Source: Naegleria gruberi (lineage: Eukaryota). From it: a stretch of 64,000 bases of DNA. The notes beneath the pieces were generated by a model. The model was not told the DNA's origin. It searched no databases and saw only the letters and a program-made list of their open reading frames with translations. The translations under genes and the position numbers were made by a program. The stretch lies in NCBI GenBank assembly GCA_000004985.1, contig GG738914.1. One strand, 5' to 3'. This document shows, piece after piece, positions 1-10,248 of the stretch (position 1 is the stretch's first letter; each line of letters starts with the position of its first letter).

Positions 1-285
1 GAAGAAAAAACAAGCAAAAAGACTAAACATTGCACAGTAGAAGGATCTTCAGTTTTACAACCAGAATTTTTCAAAGAATGTGAAGGAAGAACTTTGAAGA
101 AATACAGACAAGAGGGTAAAGAATCCAGAGCTAAGAAACACGAAGATGAATTAATTGCAAAATTGAAGGAAGCCAAAGAGAAAATGGATGCTTTCAATCA
201 ACAAAGAAAATTCAAACATGTTGTTACTGAGAAGAGAAAGGTTCAACAAAACAAGGTCAAAGTTTATAGAGATTTTGAAGATTAA
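1..285 (+). CDS. 3' end of an upstream gene; its body lies before the window start. Lys/Glu-rich C-terminus, product not identified
   Basis: The frame is open from nt 1 (EEKTSKKTKHCTVEGSSVLQPEFFKECEGRTLKKYRQEGKESRAKKHEDELIAKL...VYRDFED) and ends at TAA at 283-285. The listed ORF start at 94 is a TTG alternative start. Confidence 0.3.
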   Translation, partial: EEKTSKKTKHCTVEGSSVLQPEFFKECEGRTLKKYRQEGKESRAKKHEDELIAKLKEAKEKMDAFNQQRKFKHVVTEKRKVQQNKVKVYRDFED

Positions 286-288
286 TAT

Positions 289-2187
289 TTATGAAATATT
301 TGACATTGGATGCTGTTTGAAAATCAGCCTTTCAGCTCCTTGCTCTTGATATTCATCAAGTTTCATCCAATACGTACTATTATTATAATTATTGATTAAG
401 AGAGATTTTCCACCCATCCAAGCAGAGTTCTCATGATTACTTTCACCAGTAACATTAATTAATGAGCCTGAAGGTGAAATTTTTCTAATTTCATTTTCGA
501 GTCTTGTGTTGAATCCTTTAAATAAAGTATTTCCACCACAAACAAACACATTACTTATTAATTCTGCTTGTTGCTCTTTGGAAAATTCCTGTAATGTGTT
601 TTCCAATATCTCAGCAAGACCTATTTGATCTCTTCCAGCAATTAATGGTTGGAAAACAATTTCTGGAATACGAATTCTTTCAACTGTCAATCTTAACCCA
701 GTATTATCTGACATGTTCTTACTTTTCTTATATTGAGAAATGAAATGTGACTTGACATAGTCAGTCCTCTTCTCACCGAAATGTTTCATTTCTACTTTGT
801 GGATGAGATTTGTTAAATCATTAACTTCAGAAGTAGCTTTCTTTACCTTCTTGGCATCAACAACTTCTTCCTTAGTGGAGGATTTCTTCTTTTTTTTCTT
901 CTTTTTCTTATCAGTATCGTATAAACTCCAATCATCAAAGGTTTCATCTTCTGCATCATGAATTTCAGCTGCAATTTTGGATTTTTGTCTTTGCTTTGAG
1001 GCAGCTGATCTTTTGCTCTTAAGGGTGTGATCTTTGCTTTGTGAAGAAAGTTCAAATTGCATTTTTTGTAATTTGAATTGAAGTTGAGCCAATTCGTTCC
1101 TCTTGGTTTCTAACCATTTTTCACACTCAGATAAGTTTTTAAACTCAGGAATTGGGTGTTCATCAGGTTTAATTTCTGCTGTTAATTGTGCTGCAGCTTC
1201 TTTTGCTTTTAAAAATTCCTCATATTGCAACTTATTGTTGAAAATTCTAACAGTGCTATTTTCATAAAATTCCTTGTCTTCTGATAGTTTTTGCAATACA
1301 GAATGATAATCATCAGAAACCTGACAATAGTTGACTTTTAAGAATTCTGCCTTTGTTACAGACAAGGAAGGTATTCCCAAAACGTCATAAATAGGAATAA
1401 AATATTTAGAATCTGTCCCAATATTTGGATATTTCAATTGCATTGTCTTTAAGAGTAAATCAGTGGCATGAAAACCTCCTAAATTTAATCTTTTACAACT
1501 ATTCCACTGGACTGTACCATTTAGTATTGGTATCACGTGAGTAGAGTGAAAACCAGATCTAATAATTAATGAATTTACATTGGAATAATTCAATGATTTT
1601 TCTGTACAAGATTGATGCAAACTTAATAAAGCATCAATAGATAAATTAATAGCAGGTATTCCATAACATTCGAATAATATTTCAAGAGTAGATTGTCTTG
1701 TAAATGCAGGATTTAAAATAGATTCAGTAATTACTAATGGAATATCTTTTAAACTAATGTCACTAGCTGTTGAAAATCCCAATTTATAGAATATATAATC
1801 CATCACTTGTTCAAAATATTCAAAACTTGTTACTAAATCATTATCAAAAGGAGATCTTGCATTATATCTTAAATAATCAAAAGGATGTAAATCATTTCCA
1901 ACTAAATATCCTCCATTATGAAGTACTAATTTATCATCATCGGAAACAAAATCCAAATTTTTAATCTCACTCGCTTTTAACTTGGCACACAATGGCCTAA
2001 AATTGAGAACAGGTTCATCCATTGAAGACCAACCAGCCCTACAATGATAACTTCCATTATCAATAATAATTCCTAAAGGATGATTTTCATCGGTACTCAT
2101 TGATGGCACCGGATGAATCTTTTCAATTTTATGCAAGTCTTCATCTTCCTCTATGGTTTCAAAGTAATTTTTCATTTGCATCATCAT
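289..2187 (-). CDS. Actin-related protein, most likely Arp5-like: actin fold with long inserts and a Lys-rich stretch
   Basis: N-terminal IIIDNGSYHCRAGWSSMDEP resembles the actin [12 protein letters not shown] motif. C-terminal ...VCGGNTLFKGFNTRLENEI...AWMGGKSLL is typical of the actin family. The 630-aa length, poly-K/acidic insert and coiled-coil insert are Arp5-like. First ATG at 2187; the track start at 2190 is GTG. Confidence 0.5.
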   Translation of the reverse strand: MMMQMKNYFETIEEDEDLHKIEKIHPVPSMSTDENHPLGIIIDNGSYHCRAGWSSMDEPVLNFRPLCAKLKASEIKNLDFVSDDDKLVLHNGGYLVGNDLHPFDYLRYNARSPFDNDLVTSFEYFEQVMDYIFYKLGFSTASDISLKDIPLVITESILNPAFTRQSTLEILFECYGIPAINLSIDALLSLHQSCTEKSLNYSNVNSLIIRSGFHSTHVIPILNGTVQWNSCKRLNLGGFHATDLLLKTMQLKYPNIGTDSKYFIPIYDVLGIPSLSVTKAEFLKVNYCQVSDDYHSVLQKLSEDKEFYENSTVRIFNNKLQYEEFLKAKEAAAQLTAEIKPDEHPIPEFKNLSECEKWLETKRNELAQLQFKLQKMQFELSSQSKDHTLKSKRSAASKQRQKSKIAAEIHDAEDETFDDWSLYDTDKKKKKKKKKSSTKEEVVDAKKVKKATSEVNDLTNLIHKVEMKHFGEKRTDYVKSHFISQYKKSKNMSDNTGLRLTVERIRIPEIVFQPLIAGRDQIGLAEILENTLQEFSKEQQAELISNVFVCGGNTLFKGFNTRLENEIRKISPSGSLINVTGESNHENSAWMGGKSLLINNYNNSTYWMKLDEYQEQGAERLIFKQHPMSNIS

Positions 2188-2405
2188 CACGGAACAGCAA
2201 ATTTGCTACAGTGTAATTGGAGGAGATGATGTACAGATAAATTTTTTAATTTGGTTTTTCCGAATCAAAATGTTGTTAAACTTTTAATATTTAATATTTT
2301 AATTTAATACAATGGATAATACTCTTATAATATTGTTATCTTACAATTTCTTCAGGAAATATTTAATGTTTTTTTATGGATAACTGCAAATTCAAAATTT
2401 AAAAA

Positions 2406-3084
2406 ATGTCTACAAACCAAAATCAATCACTCAACCAATATGATGGTCATATTGTTGTTTTCGGAGCTTCTGCACCAAAGCCTGGTGAACCATTATATGA
2501 ATTGAGTGTAGAACTTGGTGATAAATTGGGAAGAGAAGGTTATTCTGTTTGCACTGGAGGGTAAATTTCGTCACAATCAATTTTATTCTAACATTTCATA
2601 TGCTAATATTAATTTAAATTGATAATGTAATGACAATATGTATTGATAATATAGATATGGTGGAACTATGGAAGGAGTTTCTAAAGGAGCTGCTTCTCAT
2701 CCAGTTGATGTAAAGGGTGTCATTAGTAGTAAAACATTCTACAAGAGAACTGAACAGGGAAATAAATACTTGACCACCACTCAAGATACCAATGATTTGT
2801 ATGGAAGAATTAAGGGATTGACTGATTCTGGAAGTTATATAGTAGTTCTTCCAGGAAGTCTTGGAACAGCTGCTGAATTGATGATTGCTTGGAATTTGTA
2901 CTATATCAATGAACATTTCCCTGCTACTGAAGATCCAGTGAAGAAGATTTTCGTCTTTAGAGGTAAGGATATTGAATTAAAACTTGGAAAACTTAATGTA
3001 TTCATATTTACAGACCCATGGGAAAAGATTATCAAATTTATTTCAACTGAATTGAATTCATCACCTAAATATTTGAAATGGTAA
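2406..3084 (+). CDS. LOG-family protein (TIGR00730 Rossmann-fold nucleotide-binding, cytokinin riboside 5'-monophosphate phosphoribohydrolase-like), spliced
   Basis: Exon 1 (2406..2560) encodes MSTNQNQSLNQYDGHIVVFGASAPKPGEPLYELSVELGDKLGREGYSVCTGG. Intron 2561..2654 (GTAAAT...ATAG) is phase-consistent with exon 2 from 2655 (YGGTMEGVSKGAASHP...), and the joined protein carries the LOG hallmark GGGYGG. A second candidate intron at 2963..3013 (GTAAGG..TTTACAG, 51 nt) is in frame either way. The TAA at 3082 overlaps a perfect GTAAGT donor, so one more 3' exon is possible. Confidence 0.55.
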
Positions 3085-3217
3085 GTTGTATATTATTTGA
3101 AAAGGATGATAACTTGCATTAGTTTCCATTTTGTTGATACTGTTGATGAAATTATTCAAGCATTGAATCAGAAATAAACCAATCTTCAAATAGATCAGTA
3201 AATTTTGTAAAACCATG

Positions 3218-4393
3218 TTAATAGTTTAGGTTGTAACCTGCTTTCTCGGCCTTCTTCAACCAACGTTCACTCTCTGATGCATTCTTTGGAACTCCTTTAC
3301 AACCATCACGTAACATTTCACCAACTAAGTGCATTGCATTTGCTTCATTTTGATTGGCAGCTTTTAGTAAGTATTCATAAGCTTTCGAGTATTCCTTATT
3401 TTCTAATAGTATTAATCCAGTCATATATTGAGCTGATTTGTGTCCCATATCTGCTGCTTTAGTAAACCATTCCAAAGCTTTCTCTTTATCGATTGGCACT
3501 CCCAATCCCATTTCATATATGGACCCAAGTCTGAAACAAGATTCAGAATTCTGTGATAATTCGAAAAGTTCCCTTGCTTTCTTATAATTCTGAACTACTC
3601 CTGTGCCATTAAGATACATCCAACCAAGCCAATGTCTTGATTCCGGAAGATTATACTCACTTGCCTTAGTCAACCATTCCAAACTCTTTTCATAATCTTT
3701 CTGAAAGAGGTAAATCTTTCCTACCATTTCTTTTGCTCGTGGAATATCTCTTTCAACACTTGATGCAGCTTTGAGAGCCCATTGTAAAGCCTCCATAACA
3801 TTTAGCTCACATCCTTGACCTGCAATATACAGACTGGCAACTTCAAATGCAGAGAGAGGAATTCCACTATTGGCTGCATCAACAAACCATTCCATTGATT
3901 TTTTGTAATCAATGTCAACTCCAAGACCTTCTTTATAACAATATCCAACCAAATGTTTCCCCTTATTGTAACCCAATTTTGCTGATTTCAAATAACAATC
4001 AAATGCTTCTTTGTGATTGATTCTTCCACCAAGACCTAATACTAAGAATTCTCCCAAATTGAAAAGGGCTCTCGGATTTTCATTCATTGCTTCTTGTTTA
4101 ATATGATCTATGATGAGTGGAGGTATGACAACAGTGTCTCCTTTTTTCCTAAGAGTAATGAGTCTTTCAGCAAAGGTTAGCTCGTCTTCAAATTTCAAAT
4201 TTGTTTGAAGGATGGTTATTTCATCATGATTATTAGTACTGCAAATCCGACTGGCTGTACTGAACACCCTTAATGAAGAATTAGTGGCCGATATTGTTCT
4301 ATAATTTTTCCTTATACTTGGAAAGGTCGTCGGTAATTTGATACTTTTTGAAATAATACTATTCAAGTGCTTGAAGAATGTTTGTTGTTTCAT
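3218..4393 (-). CDS. Sel1-like (SLR/TPR-type) repeat protein
   Basis: Repeated ~36-aa units with A..W..KAA..G...A...LG..Y..G.GV periodicity, for example AFDCYLKSAKLGYNKGKHLVGYCYKEGLGVDIDYKKSMEWF. ATG at 4393 confirmed. Confidence 0.6.
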   Translation of the reverse strand: MKQQTFFKHLNSIISKSIKLPTTFPSIRKNYRTISATNSSLRVFSTASRICSTNNHDEITILQTNLKFEDELTFAERLITLRKKGDTVVIPPLIIDHIKQEAMNENPRALFNLGEFLVLGLGGRINHKEAFDCYLKSAKLGYNKGKHLVGYCYKEGLGVDIDYKKSMEWFVDAANSGIPLSAFEVASLYIAGQGCELNVMEALQWALKAASSVERDIPRAKEMVGKIYLFQKDYEKSLEWLTKASEYNLPESRHWLGWMYLNGTGVVQNYKKARELFELSQNSESCFRLGSIYEMGLGVPIDKEKALEWFTKAADMGHKSAQYMTGLILLENKEYSKAYEYLLKAANQNEANAMHLVGEMLRDGCKGVPKNASESERWLKKAEKAGYNLNY

Positions 4394-4609
4394 TTTTTAT
4401 ATGTTAATAATAGATATTGACAACACTATTTATTCAATTTATTGTTTTTTTATTATTGATGTACATCATCCTTAATATGTAAATATGGAAGCTCCCTTTT
4501 ATGGACGAATAGGTGAATGCATCAGACAAATACAAAGGGGCCTAACTTTTTATCTCATCTAGATGATGGATGTGGAAAACAGAGAACCATTTTATAAGTT
4601 TAATATTAT

Positions 4610-6721
4610 TTAAATGTGCTTTACAGCCTTTATGATGAGCAAGTAAAGTCCAGATGCATTGATTCTTATATGACAATCTCCAGTAAGATTTTTTGGAACC
4701 TCTTTCATAGCTGTAACAAGACTTCCTTTAGCACTATCTGTAGGTTCTTTAACACACTCTACCAAAGAAAGGTATTCCATTAGGGAAACAACTTTGATAT
4801 TTGAGAAGGTATGAAGAACTCTCAAATTATAGTCAGTACATTGATTCGTTGCAGTGAAACACATTGGTGCATAGATTACTAATGCTCTTGGGTTATACAT
4901 GAACAATGAATAGTAAGAGTCTAATCCTTGATTAGTTATGAATACATCCATTACTGTGAAAAGTCTTATTTGCTGAACAACAGTCATATCGTCCAATTTC
5001 AAGTTCAAAATTCTAATACTTTCATATCTGTCATCAGGAATTCTGTGAGAGTTGACTTGCTGTAAAATGTCCTTGGCCAATCCACTTAAGTAGTCAGTCA
5101 ATTTATCAGCATTCACAATACTTTCTTTCTTGGAAGAATTAAGTATACCAATAATCAAAATCTTCTTTCTTCCTTCAAAGTAGCTTCTTGGAGGTACATA
5201 TCCCATTCCATTCAAAACGTAATCTCTGAAAACTGGAATCAAGTGATGTCTCTTTTCAGGTGATAGGAAATAAGAGTCAGGAGAACCTACAACCAAACTT
5301 GAAAAACAAGTGTCCAATTCCTCACCTTCCTTATCCAACGGTTTGGATTGAGCATTTCTCAATTGTCTACATGGAGCAAAATCAACATAGGTACCCTTCT
5401 CGTCATTATCACAAACTTGAAGAGGAAGACTAGATGAAACAAATGATCCAAAATCAATTGAAAGGTCTTCAGCCATAGATGCCTTTTCTAATTGTGCTCT
5501 AGAGAATTTACCAGTTCCATCATTGTGAACATCATCTAGGAACAAAATATTATTGTCATAATTTACAAACTCGTAATCGGCCATCTGATTAAACATTGGC
5601 AAGTAGTTGTTCATAACAAGTGATCCAACTTCTTCAGCATTATGTCTGAAAAATCCAAATGTTGGAGTGGAGACCCATTTGAAATTCTTGGCTAATGTAA
5701 TTGTGGTTGGATGAATTTTCTCAGGAGTCAAGTTTTCAGAGCCCTTATATAAAACAGATTTTGGAGGTGGTGCTATCTTTAACTTGAATTTGGCTGGAGA
5801 AAACTCTTCATTGTAAACAGAAGATGTAAAAACCCAAGGCCTTTCATTTGTTTCCAAAGGTTTGTTTGTGTAAATAATCCACTCTCCTTTTCTATTCAAA
5901 CAGATATTTTCAAATCTGCAGGTTGTAAATTGAACATCAGTCTTTTTAACACTATCCATATCCACATCATTCCTGATGCAATTGTCTTTACTCTCAAACA
6001 TGTAACTAATAGCAGATAGAGTTGATTTAGGAATTGTTGATACATCAATTCTTGCCTTAATTTCATTTTCCTTGTCAATGTAAAATCCAGGTTCACTCTT
6101 TTCTGGGCCCCTAGAAATAGATATCAAAGGTTGTGATATATCTGACTCTGATACACTAGTTAATCTCTTGTCGGAAGTAAATGTTTCCATAATCGAAGGA
6201 ACTTTGGGAGGATTATATCTGCTCAAAAGAGGGAAGGCAGTTTTACTAGAACCTGATTTCAAGCCACCAAAGAACACTCCCTTGATTTTAGATAAGGCTG
6301 TTGTTGGTTGAATGGTGTTCTTTCTCAACAAGGACAGCTTTTCCTTTGAATCTGATAATTCCTTATTAATGGATTCTTGGAATTGAGAATGATGGTGTTG
6401 GTCCAAATGCTCAAAAGAAGAACTAATATCCCTTTCAAAATCCTGTCTTTCAGCAACGCTACTGAAAAAGTACAGCAACATATTTAAGAAGAAAATCAAC
6501 AATGAAATATAAAAAACAACCTTGATGAAGAATACGATGGATCGTTTAGGTTGTAGGGCCTTAAATGTTTGTCCATTGTGATTAGCATTTGATGAATTGA
6601 GGGACTGGAAATGCAGTGATGACGTATGATTTGGTAGCGAATGATTAAGGGTTACACCAAATGGTGTTGAGGTGGATGGTTTGTTACTTGAATCAAGCAG
6701 AGGTCCCTCCGAAGAGAACAT
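4610..6721 (-). CDS. Type II membrane protein with a luminal glycosyltransferase-like domain (GT61/DUF563-like, EOGT/POMGNT2-type)
   Basis: N-terminal cytoplasmic tail, one TM (IVFFIKVVFYISLLIFFLNMLLYFF), then a large domain beginning C-R-F-E-N-I-C and containing GFFRHNAEEVGSLVMNNYLP, which recalls GT61 motifs. True ATG at 6721 (MFSSEG...); the track start at 6784 is TTG. Confidence 0.4.
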   Translation of the reverse strand: MFSSEGPLLDSSNKPSTSTPFGVTLNHSLPNHTSSLHFQSLNSSNANHNGQTFKALQPKRSIVFFIKVVFYISLLIFFLNMLLYFFSSVAERQDFERDISSSFEHLDQHHHSQFQESINKELSDSKEKLSLLRKNTIQPTTALSKIKGVFFGGLKSGSSKTAFPLLSRYNPPKVPSIMETFTSDKRLTSVSESDISQPLISISRGPEKSEPGFYIDKENEIKARIDVSTIPKSTLSAISYMFESKDNCIRNDVDMDSVKKTDVQFTTCRFENICLNRKGEWIIYTNKPLETNERPWVFTSSVYNEEFSPAKFKLKIAPPPKSVLYKGSENLTPEKIHPTTITLAKNFKWVSTPTFGFFRHNAEEVGSLVMNNYLPMFNQMADYEFVNYDNNILFLDDVHNDGTGKFSRAQLEKASMAEDLSIDFGSFVSSSLPLQVCDNDEKGTYVDFAPCRQLRNAQSKPLDKEGEELDTCFSSLVVGSPDSYFLSPEKRHHLIPVFRDYVLNGMGYVPPRSYFEGRKKILIIGILNSSKKESIVNADKLTDYLSGLAKDILQQVNSHRIPDDRYESIRILNLKLDDMTVVQQIRLFTVMDVFITNQGLDSYYSLFMYNPRALVIYAPMCFTATNQCTDYNLRVLHTFSNIKVVSLMEYLSLVECVKEPTDSAKGSLVTAMKEVPKNLTGDCHIRINASGLYLLIIKAVKHI

Positions 6722-6913
6722 TTTTTTTAATATTGATATCTTAAACGAATATCTAGCATCGCTCTCTCTATTGTTCTGGAGCAACTTACTTGAAATTACG
6801 TCATTTCCGTAATATCACCAATATGGTTATTAGAAAAAGCAAAAACCAAAGCATTAATCACATACTGTTACAATGAATTTCCTCTTAAAAGTGGATTTAG
6901 TAATTTGAAAAAA

Positions 6914-7469
6914 ATGTCAGAAAGTGAAGAGCCAACAGCATTTTGCATTTTAGATGATCACATCAAGTCGGAAGAACTAATACAAAACTATACAACTATT
7001 CGAAATGAAATGTTGGAAATTGAGAGGAATAAGCTTTTGCTTGTTGTGATTGGTTGCTTGAGAGATACAAATAATAACTTTACAAGATTTCAAATGGCAT
7101 GTTATGACAAGTCGTGTGGGAAATTCGTCACTGTTTGCTCTTTATCAGTCGGATTTACACAAGAACTAAAACAAGAGATCTCAGAAAGATTATCCAAACT
7201 CATAATACCAAGTCCAAGTGCTAATGTTATTTTCAATGAAAAACAGCCAGCTCAGGTTTGGTTTGCCAATTACAGTTTGGGAAGTAAAAGCTGCTGATGT
7301 TGGGTTATCAACTGTTCATATGGCTGGACATGGATTGATAAAGGAGGGAGCAGGCTTTGCACTTAGATTTCCAATGTTTAACAAAGAGAGGCCATTCAGG
7401 AAACCAAAGGATATTACCACTGTTGATGATATAATTAAAATGTATCATCGACAAGCTATACTATTCTAA
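6914..7469 (+). pseudogene. ATP-dependent DNA ligase I C-terminal (OB-fold) fragment, frameshifted; lacks the adenylation domain
   Basis: Frame A (6914..7297) LLLVVIGCLRDTNNNFTRFQMACYDKSCGKFVTVCSLSVGFTQELKQE...PAQVWF and frame B (7218..7469) TVWEVKAADVGLS...GFALRFPMFNKERPFRKPKDITTVDDIIKMY together match the last ~170 aa of DNA ligase I (LDLVVIGAY..FLLASYDE..ICKLGTGFSDE..AVWEVKCADLS..ISLRFPRFIRVREDK). The frames are separated by a 19-nt segment (about 7256..7274) flanked by a direct GTTTGG repeat. No room exists upstream for the ~500-aa catalytic part, because the GT61-like gene ends at 6721. Confidence 0.5.
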
Positions 7470-8797
7470 ACTTCCTCTTCATAATCAGTTTCTTCGCTTA
7501 TTTCAATATAATCATTTTGAACAGATCGTATTTCTTCTCTACATTGTGTGAATTCTATTTCTTCTGCTCCTTCCTCAAGATACCTGTGTACGAATGATCT
7601 TTCAGAGTATAATTCATCAAAATTTTTCTCGATTCTGGAAAAAGTTTGGCTTATGCTGGTGGAGTTTGACAACATGTTAACATCCCTATCTCTGTAACAA
7701 ATATTTCCACCAGGAATATTCGACAGAGGACCATCATGAATTCCACATTTAAAACCAGCTGGGCACCAGTCAACAAATTTAATTTCTCTGGATGTCTTGA
7801 TCTTGGCTATGGCAGAGCTAACATGTCTAATGCAAATATCCCCTCTGTATTGGACAGTGCACACCATGAATTTGCCGTCCATTAAATTGCAATTAGTCAT
7901 CACTGAATATTTATCCATAAAACAACTTTCAGTAAGCTCAGTAATAGTTGGTTTCTCATAACTACAGAAAACAAATTCCTTAGGGTACAAAGGACTCATT
8001 GAATTGATAAGATATTTAACAGGCGGGTACGGGACAAGATTTGTCATTATTTCAGAAATAGATGAATTCAAACTTCCTTCTCTCCTTACTGATATTGTAG
8101 CCGAGGAGATTGCATTTGCAATAATTTCATTCAAATCTGTCATCTTTGGGTGCTCTACATTCAGCTTGTTTTTACAAATGTCAATTAAAGCTTCATTTTC
8201 CACAATAACTGAAGCATCCGAATACTCACGAATGGAATTCATTCCAAATAGGACATTGTATGATTCCACACATGAAGATACAGAACTTGGTGAAGCTAAA
8301 ATATCAAAACTTAATTTACACTTTTTCTCAAACCCTGGTGCTAGTCTCTCCATCAATAAATCTCTAAAACCAGAGCCAGTTCCTCCATTAAGAGATGAGG
8401 TTATTAAGAAACCCTGTAATGCGTCACATTCTTCAACCATTTTCTCAATTCTTTCCAAACAATTTTCCAAAACTAAATTTCCTCCAACTCCTCTTCCTTT
8501 AGCAAAATTATTGGCCGTATTTTCATTGCCACTAATTAAACTCTCACCATCATAAATATTATTATTTCCTGATCTGATTTTATCAATAATTTCAGAATCC
8601 AAATCAACGAATAATGCTCTTGCTCTCATCGTTCCGTCCATTGACTCGGAAAAGAAATATTTATCAGCTGCAGAATGATTGTGAATTTTAGCACCAGTTG
8701 AAGAATCAATTCCATGTTCCAAACACAATAAATCCCAACAAGTGTTTCCGATCTGAGAGCCTGCTTGTCCAATATGAATAGAAATTATTTCTCTCAT
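7466..8797 (-). CDS. Divergent alpha-tubulin-family protein
   Basis: [30 protein letters not shown] aligns to the alpha-tubulin [51 protein letters not shown], and an acidic C-terminal tail (EETDYEEEV) are present. Roughly 40-50% identity to canonical alpha-tubulin. ATG at 8797. Confidence 0.75.
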   Translation of the reverse strand: [443 protein letters not shown]

Positions 8798-9120
8798 TTT
8801 CTTGGTTGGCTTATTTTTTGTCAATTTTTAATTGAAAATTCAGGATTGTTTTACAATGATATTTCTGAATCATTTATTTTACATTCATTATTATTGTAAA
8901 CATAAGTAAATTATTTTCATTTTCTTTGGAGCTCCGATATATCTTAATATGAGATAATTCCGTCGGGATTTATCAGTAATCAACTCCAGAACTCCAGATG
9001 CTTACGTTTATTACTACTGTGAGTACAACTTGATATCAAGGTGGAAATTGAAATCAATTCACAACACCTTTAAAATCTTTCAAATTCGAGAACAACACAA
9101 AGCAATTTAAAATCAAAAAA

Positions 9121-10248
9121 ATGTCTTCAAATACTTGTTCCCTCTCACAAAATTCCATCAATACGATCAATAAATTGTGGGGGTTTGAAAGCTCAACACA
9201 AACTGTGATTAAACAATCGGAAAATCATACCTATTTGGTGAAGGATAATTCCGAACAATCCTATATTTTGAGACTCACTCCTAAACATCATCGTTCAGTG
9301 AAGAGTATTTGGGCTGAATTGGAATATTTGAATTTAATTCATGATCAAGCTAAATTACATAGTCAAGATGAGAAGTATGCTCTCAATGTTTGCCCACCAA
9401 TTGCTAAGAAGGTGAATGAAAATGGAGAATTTCTGCTCATTGCTGAATTGGAAGAACCATACGAAACTGATAAGGAAAAGGTTTGGTATGGAGTCTTGTT
9501 TGAATATGCTCAAGGTAATTCTGTTGTTGATAAATGGATTGGTTTGACTGATGATTCAATGATTGTTGCAATTGGAGATGCTATGGGAAGATTACACAAG
9601 ATTATTTCTGAAAAGGCTGGAAATCCTGAAAGATGGGACGAAATGGCTAAATATATTCCAGAAATTTCAGGCACTCATAATGGAGCTTGTGATTTGAATC
9701 GTATTAGAGAAAGAGCTCAAAAGGATCATGAAATCTCAAAGACTTTAATTCAAATATATGATGCAGAATTGGCTGAATTTTTGAAATCTCACCCAATTGA
9801 CTCTGAAAATTATGGTATTGTACATGGTGATATCAATGTCAGTAATTACTTTGCCAAGGTTCAACCAGAAGGAACCAAGCTGTGGATTTTCGATTTTGAT
9901 CAAGTTCATAATAATTACTTTGGACATGAGCTTGGTGTCGTACTTCATACAGTTACTTTCTTTGAAAACGATGGTCTTGGAATTGGTAAAATTGAAGGTT
10001 TCGATGGTGATAGATTTAGAGAACTATTCCTCAATGCCTACAAAAATGCCTATCCACCTATGGCAAAATATTTGGATGTTGAATCATTGAAAAAGTTTGA
10101 ACTCCTTCGTGCTTTCTATCACACATCTATTGCTGCCGATATTTTGTACCTCAAGACTGAAAATCCTGAATCAAAAAATTTCGAAGAAGCAATTATTGGA
10201 TTTTGCCAAATTGTTGTTGACAAGTTTATTAAGATCCACACTCAATAA
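9121..10248 (+). CDS. Aminoglycoside-phosphotransferase / choline-kinase-fold (APH/ChoK/EcKL-like) small-molecule kinase
   Basis: Catalytic-loop motif VHGDINVSNYF (HGDxxxxN) and Mg-binding WIFDFDQV (DFD) at canonical spacing. ATG at 9121. Confidence 0.5.
   Translation: MSSNTCSLSQNSINTINKLWGFESSTQTVIKQSENHTYLVKDNSEQSYILRLTPKHHRSVKSIWAELEYLNLIHDQAKLHSQDEKYALNVCPPIAKKVNENGEFLLIAELEEPYETDKEKVWYGVLFEYAQGNSVVDKWIGLTDDSMIVAIGDAMGRLHKIISEKAGNPERWDEMAKYIPEISGTHNGACDLNRIRERAQKDHEISKTLIQIYDAELAEFLKSHPIDSENYGIVHGDINVSNYFAKVQPEGTKLWIFDFDQVHNNYFGHELGVVLHTVTFFENDGLGIGKIEGFDGDRFRELFLNAYKNAYPPMAKYLDVESLKKFELLRAFYHTSIAADILYLKTENPESKNFEEAIIGFCQIVVDKFIKIHTQ

Noticed and set aside
7256-7275. Possible 20-nt GT..AG micro-intron in the ligase fragment
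   Set aside because: Removing the GT-AG-bounded 20-mer does not restore the frame. Only removal of a 19-mer with non-canonical ends does, so a frameshift or insertion is the better explanation.
8004-8555. 183-aa plus-strand ORF inside the tubulin gene
   Set aside because: Antisense to a clearly conserved tubulin CDS; no recognisable motifs; typical shadow ORF.
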